From: Candidatus Omnitrophica bacterium UBA6215 | GTDB lineage: Bacteria; Omnitrophota; Gorgyraeia; Pluralincolimonadales; Pluralincolimonadaceae | Length of the DNA stretch: 64,000 nt | Direction: 5' to 3' | NCBI GenBank assembly: GCA_002421665.1 | Contig: DISH01000005.1 | Coordinates: 78,092 to 142,091, forward strand | Shown: in pieces, positions 58,236 to 64,000 of the stretch | How the letters are laid out: each line of letters starts with the position of its first letter | Numbering within the stretch: the stretch's first letter is position 1 | The notes under the pieces: generated by a model | Database searches by the model: none | Seen by the model: the letters and a program-made list of their open reading frames with translations, nothing else | Told to the model about the DNA's origin: nothing | Position numbers and translations under genes: made by a program

Positions 58236-59738
58236 ATGGCAAAGAAGAAGGAAGTAAAGGAAGTCAAGACAGCCAATCCGTTGGCGAACGGCTCGTTCAA
58301 TGAGAAAGCCGCCCGCGACGTGATAAAGTTGATCAAGGAAAAAGACATCAAGATGGTCGACCTGAAGTTCAACGACCTTCCCGGTCTTTGGCAGCATTTT
58401 ACTATACCCGCCTCAGAGATAAAGGAGATGGACGATATCACCCACTCCATATGGGTCGATGGTATAGGTTTCGACGGTTCCTCGATACGCGGTTTCCAGA
58501 AGATACAGGAATCCGACATGATCCTTATCCCGGACCCGACGAGCGCGGTGGTAGATCCCGTCTGCGAAGTACCGACGGTCAGCATACTTTGTGATATTTA
58601 TGACCCGCTTACGCGCAAGCCGTATTCGCGCGACCCGCGTTATATAGCGAGGAAAGCGGAGAAGTACCTCAAGGATACCGGAATAGCCGACAGTATCTAT
58701 TTTGGGCCGGAAGCCGAATTCTTCCTTTTTAACGACGTGCGTTTCGACCAGAACGAGAATTCAGGCTATTATTTCGTGGATTCCAACGAAGGTGACTGGA
58801 ATACCGGACGCAAGGAAGAACCGAACCTTGGATACAAGATCCGTTACAAGGAAGGATACTTCCCGGTCCCGCCGCATGACACCCTGCAGGACCTGAGGAG
58901 CAGGATGATACTCAAGATGAAGGAAGCCGGTGTCAACATCGAGGTCCATCATCATGAGGTTGCGACTGCCGGCCAGTGCGAGATCGACATAAAGTTCGAT
59001 AAGCTCACCAAGATGGCCGACAGCCTGCTTATGTATAAGTACATAATCAAAAACATGGCCAGAAAGGCCGGCATGGTGGCTACTTTCATGCCTAAACCGC
59101 TCTTTGCCGATAACGGTTCCGGTATGCACTGCCATCAGAGCTTATGGAAGAACGGCGTTAATCTGTTCTATGACAAGAACGGCTACGCGCTCCTGAGCCA
59201 GACCGCCAAGTATTACATCGGCGGGTTGCTCAAGCACGCGAACAGCCTTATGGCATTCTGCGCCCCGACCACAAACTCTTATAAGAGGCTTGTCCCGGGC
59301 TACGAAGCGCCTGTTAACCTTGTATATTCCGCCCGTAACCGTTCTGCCGCAGTACGTATCCCCATGTACAGCGACAGCCCGAAATCCAAGAGGATCGAGT
59401 TCAGGCCTCCGGACCCGTCATGTAACGGCTATATCGCGTTCGCTGCCATGCTCATGGCCGGTTTGGACGGTATCCAGAACAAGATCGATCCGGGCAAGCC
59501 TACCGACAAGGACCTCTTTGAGTTGGGAGAGGAAGAGATGTCCAAGATACCGACCGTCCCGTCATCGCTGCGCCGTTCCATTGATGCGCTTGAGGCGGAC
59601 CACGATTATCTGCTCAAGGGCGGTGTCTTTACCAAGGATGTGATAGACATCTGGATCGAATACAAGAGGAAGAAGGAGATAGACGCCGTCAGGATGCGTC
59701 CGCATCCCTACGAGTTCTACCTTTACTTCGATATCTGA
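58236..59738 (+). CDS. glnA: Glutamine synthetase type I
   Basis: Beta-grasp N-terminal domain ([14 protein letters not shown]) and catalytic domain motifs ([31 protein letters not shown]). Confidence 0.95.
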   Translation: MAKKKEVKEVKTANPLANGSFNEKAARDVIKLIKEKDIKMVDLKFNDLPGLWQHFTIPASEIKEMDDITHSIWVDGIGFDGSSIRGFQKIQESDMILIPDPTSAVVDPVCEVPTVSILCDIYDPLTRKPYSRDPRYIARKAEKYLKDTGIADSIYFGPEAEFFLFNDVRFDQNENSGYYFVDSNEGDWNTGRKEEPNLGYKIRYKEGYFPVPPHDTLQDLRSRMILKMKEAGVNIEVHHHEVATAGQCEIDIKFDKLTKMADSLLMYKYIIKNMARKAGMVATFMPKPLFADNGSGMHCHQSLWKNGVNLFYDKNGYALLSQTAKYYIGGLLKHANSLMAFCAPTTNSYKRLVPGYEAPVNLVYSARNRSAAVRIPMYSDSPKSKRIEFRPPDPSCNGYIAFAAMLMAGLDGIQNKIDPGKPTDKDLFELGEEEMSKIPTVPSSLRRSIDALEADHDYLLKGGVFTKDVIDIWIEYKRKKEIDAVRMRPHPYEFYLYFDI

Positions 59739-59741
59739 TAG

Positions 59742-60494
59742 TTATTCGAGAGGCGGATTATAGGGGCGGTTCTGATAAGGGCTTGCTGGCTCCTCACCTT
59801 TAACAGGTGGCGGGACCGTCCCTGATCCACTCCCGGAAAAGGCGAGATAACCTATGAATACCAGATTAACTACAGGAACCAGCATTAGAAGCGCTAAAAT
59901 CCCCGGCTTGCCCCTTGCCTCAGAGATCCTGTACCACATGTAGATAATTATTGCTACATCCAGCAACGGTACGAGGAGGACAAGCAGCCACAAGTAGTTC
60001 AAGCCCCCTATTTTGCACATGAGAAAAAGGTTTGCTATCGGTATCCATGCCAGCCAAGCGGGCTGCGTGCCGGTTTTTATGGCTATCAATTGAAGGCATA
60101 AAGCGGAAAAGATATAATAAAACAGAAAGATCGCAAGTATTATACCCAGCAAGACTACGAGAAAAACCGCCGATTCTTTAGTTGTTATTGTTCGGGTATC
60201 TTCAGAGCGCAGTTCTTCTGTCTGTGCGGGGGCAGCTTTGACCTCAGGAGCGGTAATCTCAGCAGGTTGCAGGGTTTTTGGTTCGACCTTTACAGGTTCG
60301 CCGTTTATCGATTCTATTTCGGACAGGTCGTAGGTCATTTCGGTGACGCCGTATATCTCCATAGTAACGGTATCGCCGGCGATAGATTTGATGTTACCAT
60401 CAACCGTCTTTCCCGATTTAAAAATAACCGTATCCGCCCAAAGATTTGTGCTGAAGAGTATAGATACAACCGAAAGAATGACTATTTTTTTCAT
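59742..60494 (-). CDS. Membrane protein, hypothetical (signal peptide, periplasmic domain and C-terminal multi-TM region)
   Basis: 250 aa, convergent with glnA. Has a hydrophobic C-terminal half and a Pro-rich tail. Confidence 0.5.
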   Translation of the reverse strand: MKKIVILSVVSILFSTNLWADTVIFKSGKTVDGNIKSIAGDTVTMEIYGVTEMTYDLSEIESINGEPVKVEPKTLQPAEITAPEVKAAPAQTEELRSEDTRTITTKESAVFLVVLLGIILAIFLFYYIFSALCLQLIAIKTGTQPAWLAWIPIANLFLMCKIGGLNYLWLLVLLVPLLDVAIIIYMWYRISEARGKPGILALLMLVPVVNLVFIGYLAFSGSGSGTVPPPVKGEEPASPYQNRPYNPPLE

Positions 60495-60557
60495 GTGAGT
60501 ATCCTTTTTTGGTGATTTTATACGTTTTTGGCGCGGAAATCAACAAAATTTCTTTAC

Positions 60558-60585
60558 TTGCTTTTTAACGCTTTTTTGGTATAAT
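60558..60585 (+). promoter_or_regulatory. Putative sigma70 promoter TTGCTT-N16-TATAAT for nadE-glnA2
   Basis: TTGCTT at 60558-60563 and TATAAT at 60580-60585, about 20 nt before the nadE start. Confidence 0.4.
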
Positions 60586-60604
60586 AAAAGGCCAAATTAG
60601 AGAG

Positions 60605-62323
60605 GTGAAAATGGACCCGATCCGCTTTGCCATGGCCCAGGTCAACCCTACCGTGGGCGACCTTCAGGGCAATAAGGAAAAGATCATTAAATCCATAAGT
60701 GATGCAAGATCATTGGGTTGCGACGTTGTTATCCTCCCTGAACTGGTATTAACAGGGTATCCTCCCGAAGACCTGCTTTTAAAGCCCCAATTCGTAGATG
60801 ACGCCATGAAGGCCCTCAACGATATAGCGCATAAGGCGGATAATATAATAGTAATAGTCGGCTGCCTCGACAAGGGCAAGGATGGTATTTACAATTCGGC
60901 TGCTCTTATACGCGATAAGGAACTGCTCCATATATACCACAAAATACTCCTCCCGAATTACGGTGTTTTTGACGAAAAACGCTATTTTGATGCCGGGAGC
61001 GAGACATTCGCTTTCAAGCTGGAAGGGCTTAAGATAGGCGTAAATATATGCGAAGATATATGGGAAGGCGCAGGGCCGGCCAATTTCGCGGCCATGGAGA
61101 TGGGTGCCCAGGTGATCATAAATATATCCGCTTCCCCGTATCATTCAGGCAAGCTGCAGGAACGCGAGAATATGCTGGTCGAACGGGCTCGCGAGACCTC
61201 TTCCATAATATTCTATAACAACCTTGTCGGCGGACAGGACGGGCTGGTTTTTGACGGCGGAAGCATGATAATAGGCTGGAAAGGGTCCGTTCTTGCCAGG
61301 GGCAAGCAATTTGAGGAAGATATAATCCTTTTTGACCTCAATGCGGAAGAATACCTCAAATACAGGAAATCTCCGAAAAAGAAGAACGGTGTCCCGGCAT
61401 ATAAGACCAGGGAATTGTCCGTTAAAAGGTGTGAGGTCAAGATCCGCCCTCCGTTCCCTCCGCACAGGACCGAGAAACTTGGCAGTGTAGAAGAGATCTA
61501 CAAGGCTCTGGTGGCAGGGACAAGGGATTATGTCCTCAAGAACGGTTTTAAAAAAGCCGTTCTTGGCATCAGCGGGGGCATAGATTCCGCCCTTGTCGCA
61601 TGCATAGCCGCCGATGCGATGGGAAAAGACAATGTGGCTGCGGTTACCATGCCCTCGATGTATACAAAGGAAGAGACCCGCGCCGATGCCATAGCTGTTG
61701 CCAGGCACCTTGGATTGAAAGCCATAACTATCCCCATAAATGTATTATACCAGTCATATATGAGGCTCCTTAAAAAAGAATTCAAGGATGCCAAACCTAA
61801 TATAGCGGAGGAGAACCTTCAGGCCAGGATACGCGGCAATATGCTCATGGCCTTATCAAATAAGTTCGATTGGCTGGTGCTTACCACCGGCAACAAGAGC
61901 GAAATGTCCACCGGATATTGCACTCTTTACGGGGACATGGCCGGAGGATTTGCGGTATTGAAGGACGTACCGAAGATGACCGTCTACCAGCTTGCGGAAT
62001 ACAGGAATGCCGTGGCAAGGAAAGAGATAATACCGATTACTACTATCAAGAGGCCTCCTACGGCCGAGCTCAGGCCCAACCAGAAGGACCAGGATTCCCT
62101 GCCGCCGTATCACGTCCTCGACGCCATACTCAAGCTTTACGTAGAAGAGGACAGGTCCGCAAATGAGATAATCGCCCAGCGTTTTGACCCGAAAGTGGTA
62201 AAGAAGGTCATTAACATGGTCGACAAGAACGAATACAAGAGGCGCCAGAGCCCCCCCGGTGTCAAGATAACCCCTAAGGCTTTCGGCAGGGACCGTAGAA
62301 TCCCGATAACCAACAGATATTAA
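60605..62323 (+). CDS. nadE: Glutamine-dependent NAD+ synthetase (nitrilase domain plus NAD synthetase domain)
   Basis: N-terminal CN-hydrolase domain (FAMAQVNPTVGDLQGN) and C-terminal PP-loop ATPase SGGIDS. Confidence 0.9.
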   Translation: MKMDPIRFAMAQVNPTVGDLQGNKEKIIKSISDARSLGCDVVILPELVLTGYPPEDLLLKPQFVDDAMKALNDIAHKADNIIVIVGCLDKGKDGIYNSAALIRDKELLHIYHKILLPNYGVFDEKRYFDAGSETFAFKLEGLKIGVNICEDIWEGAGPANFAAMEMGAQVIINISASPYHSGKLQERENMLVERARETSSIIFYNNLVGGQDGLVFDGGSMIIGWKGSVLARGKQFEEDIILFDLNAEEYLKYRKSPKKKNGVPAYKTRELSVKRCEVKIRPPFPPHRTEKLGSVEEIYKALVAGTRDYVLKNGFKKAVLGISGGIDSALVACIAADAMGKDNVAAVTMPSMYTKEETRADAIAVARHLGLKAITIPINVLYQSYMRLLKKEFKDAKPNIAEENLQARIRGNMLMALSNKFDWLVLTTGNKSEMSTGYCTLYGDMAGGFAVLKDVPKMTVYQLAEYRNAVARKEIIPITTIKRPPTAELRPNQKDQDSLPPYHVLDAILKLYVEEDRSANEIIAQRFDPKVVKKVINMVDKNEYKRRQSPPGVKITPKAFGRDRRIPITNRY

Positions 62324-62338
62324 AAAAGGAGACGTAAA

Positions 62339-63679
62339 ATGCCAGCAAGAATAGTCAAGGACAAGGAATATGTGTTGAAGATGGCCAAAGAGGCCAACGT
62401 AAAATTCATCAGGCTCTGGTTTACGGACATCCTGGGGTTTGTAAAGTCTTTCGCCATAACCGTCGAGGAACTTGAAGGGGCCCTCGAAGAGGGTATGGGT
62501 TTCGACGGTTCTTCGATAGAAGGTTTTGCGCGCATAGACGAATCTGACATGATGGCCAGGCCCGATCCGAGCACCTTTGTTTTGCTTCCATGGAGGCCGA
62601 AGGATGAGTTTGCCGTTGCCAGGATGTTTTGCGATATCGTCAGGCCCGACGGGACCCCGTTCACCGGCGACCCGAGATATATCCTAAAACAGAACCTGAA
62701 ACGCGCCGCAAAGCTCGGATTTACTTTCTACGTGGGCCCGGAGCTGGAATTCTTCTATTTCAAGGACAACAACGGGACGGAGCCTCTCGATGCCGGCGGG
62801 TATTTCGACTTGATCCCGCCCGATCCGGCTGCCGACCTGAGACGTGATACCGTTCTGATGCTTGAGGCAATGGGGATCGGGGTGGAATACAGCCACCACG
62901 AGGTGTCCCCCAGCCAGCATGAGATAGACCTCAGGTATACCGATGCCCTGACTATGGCCGATGCTGCCATGACTTACCGTGTAGTTGTAAAGGAAGTTGC
63001 CCAGCGTTTCGGCGTATACGCGACTTTCATGCCGAAACCCGTTTTTGGCATGAATGGTTCCGGTATGCATGTCCACCAGTCATTGTTCAAGGGAGACAAG
63101 AACGCCTTTTTTGATGCCAAGGATAAATTCCATCTTTCAAAGATCGCAAAGTCCTATATCGCGGGGCTTCTCAAGCATTCGCGCGAGATAACAGCAGTTA
63201 CCAGCCAGTGGGTCAATTCTTATAAGAGGCTTGTCCCGGGCTACGAAGCGCCTGTTTATATAGCTTGGGCGAAGAAGAACCGTTCCACGCTTGTCAGGAT
63301 ACCTGAATATAAGGTTGGAAAAGAAAAGGCAACGCGCGTGGAGTACCGCTCTCCGGACCCGGCCTGCAATCCGTATCTTGCCTTCAGCGTGATGCTTGCC
63401 GCCGGGCTTGAAGGTATCGAAAAGAACTATGAATTGATCCCTCCGACAGAAGAGAATGTTTTTGAGCTCACTCCGGACGAGAGGGCTAAGAGGGGGATAA
63501 GGCCGCTTCCGGGCGATTTGTATGAGGCTATCCTCGAGACCGAGAAGAGCTCTGTAGTAAAGAAAGCTCTCGGGGACCACGCCTTCACCACATTTATCGA
63601 AAATAAGAAGATAGAGTGGGACAAATACAGGGCTCGGGTCACGGACTACGAAATAAAGGAGTACCTGTCTATACTATGA
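62339..63679 (+). CDS. glnA: Glutamine synthetase (second copy, type I-like)
   Basis: GFDGSSIEGF, KPVFGMNGSGMHVHQSLF and [13 protein letters not shown]. 446 aa. Confidence 0.9.
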   Translation: MPARIVKDKEYVLKMAKEANVKFIRLWFTDILGFVKSFAITVEELEGALEEGMGFDGSSIEGFARIDESDMMARPDPSTFVLLPWRPKDEFAVARMFCDIVRPDGTPFTGDPRYILKQNLKRAAKLGFTFYVGPELEFFYFKDNNGTEPLDAGGYFDLIPPDPAADLRRDTVLMLEAMGIGVEYSHHEVSPSQHEIDLRYTDALTMADAAMTYRVVVKEVAQRFGVYATFMPKPVFGMNGSGMHVHQSLFKGDKNAFFDAKDKFHLSKIAKSYIAGLLKHSREITAVTSQWVNSYKRLVPGYEAPVYIAWAKKNRSTLVRIPEYKVGKEKATRVEYRSPDPACNPYLAFSVMLAAGLEGIEKNYELIPPTEENVFELTPDERAKRGIRPLPGDLYEAILETEKSSVVKKALGDHAFTTFIENKKIEWDKYRARVTDYEIKEYLSIL

Positions 63680-64000
63680 AGCGCAAAACTGCGGCAAGGG
63701 CACAGAAGCCATCGGCTTACGAGAGGCACATAGAGGCCCTCTCCAAGATAAGCCAGACGATAACCTCTAACCTTTATCTTGAAGATATACTCAAACTTAT
63801 TGTTATGGTTACCGCCGAGCTTATGGATTCCAACATATGCTCGCTCATGCTTGTTGATGAGCAAAAAGGCGAACTGGTAATCCGTGCTACCCAGAGCGTA
63901 AGTGAGGCATATAATAAGAAGCCTAACATAAAAATAGGCGAGGGTATAGCCGGGATGGTGGCTAAAGACGGGAAACCGATAGTCGCTTCCGATGTTCGCG
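63676..64000 (+). CDS. GAF-domain protein, N-terminal fragment (possible NifA/NtrC-like regulator or PtsP)
   Basis: ILKLIVMVTAELMDSNICSLMLVDEQKGELVIRATQS and IGEGIAGMVAKDGKPIVASDV form a GAF fold. ATGA overlap with the glnA2 stop. Truncated by the window edge. Confidence 0.5.
   Translation, partial: MKRKTAARAQKPSAYERHIEALSKISQTITSNLYLEDILKLIVMVTAELMDSNICSLMLVDEQKGELVIRATQSVSEAYNKKPNIKIGEGIAGMVAKDGKPIVASDVR

Noticed and set aside
1-64000. CRISPR arrays, IS elements or integrase genes
   Set aside because: No short direct repeats with regular spacers, no transposase- or integrase-like ORFs and no terminal inverted repeats were seen. The only compositionally foreign segment (22025-23960) has no recognisable mobility gene or flanking direct repeat that I could identify.

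Overview
Contig window of about 55-58% GC, apparently from a Gram-negative (diderm) bacterium (BamA, Skp, LpxD, LpxC/FabZ, LpxA, LpxI present), almost entirely coding on the + strand. Contents in order: (1) Two galactoside-utilisation loci: the tail of a sugar ABC permease, a LacI regulator, a 1529-aa secreted GH2 enzyme followed by three tandem secreted paralogs of its own C-terminal domain, a second LacI regulator, a 1097-aa unclassified glycosidase/phosphorylase-like protein and a GH35 beta-galactosidase. (2) gltBD glutamate synthase, behind a consensus sigma70 promoter plus a terminator-like leader hairpin. (3) A ~1.9 kb island of much lower GC carrying a small membrane protein, a TPR-like protein and a HEPN-like protein. 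(4) A housekeeping block: nitroreductase, dus, pfk, a STAS protein, a deaminase, a PpiD/SurA-like chaperone, an ECF sigma module, hisG, split transketolase, ispE, spoVG, tRNA-Gln, clpX, glmU, prs, rplY, pth, rpsF, ssb, rpsR, rplI, dnaB. (5) An outer-membrane/LPS cluster: bamA, skp, lpxD, lpxC-fabZ fusion, lpxA, lpxI. (6) A nitrogen-assimilation cluster: an orphan OmpR-type response regulator with a degenerate receiver, a Zn-ribbon small ORF, a porin-like protein, amt-glnK, a small HTH ORF, a second amt-PII pair, glnA, nadE-glnA2 and a GAF protein. The most notable signal is a conserved triple direct-repeat operator, (GAT)TTAAC-n6-GTAAY-n6-(GAT)TTAAC immediately followed by a TATACT -10 box, found upstream of both nitrogen operons. 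It resembles actinobacterial GlnR or PhoB-type boxes and sits next to the atypical response regulator. Other candidate novelties are the paralog array sharing the GH2 C-terminal domain, which shows identical-nucleotide gene-conversion tracts, the low-GC HEPN island, and unannotated micro-ORFs (a 29-aa hyperbasic peptide and a 57-aa Zn-ribbon protein).
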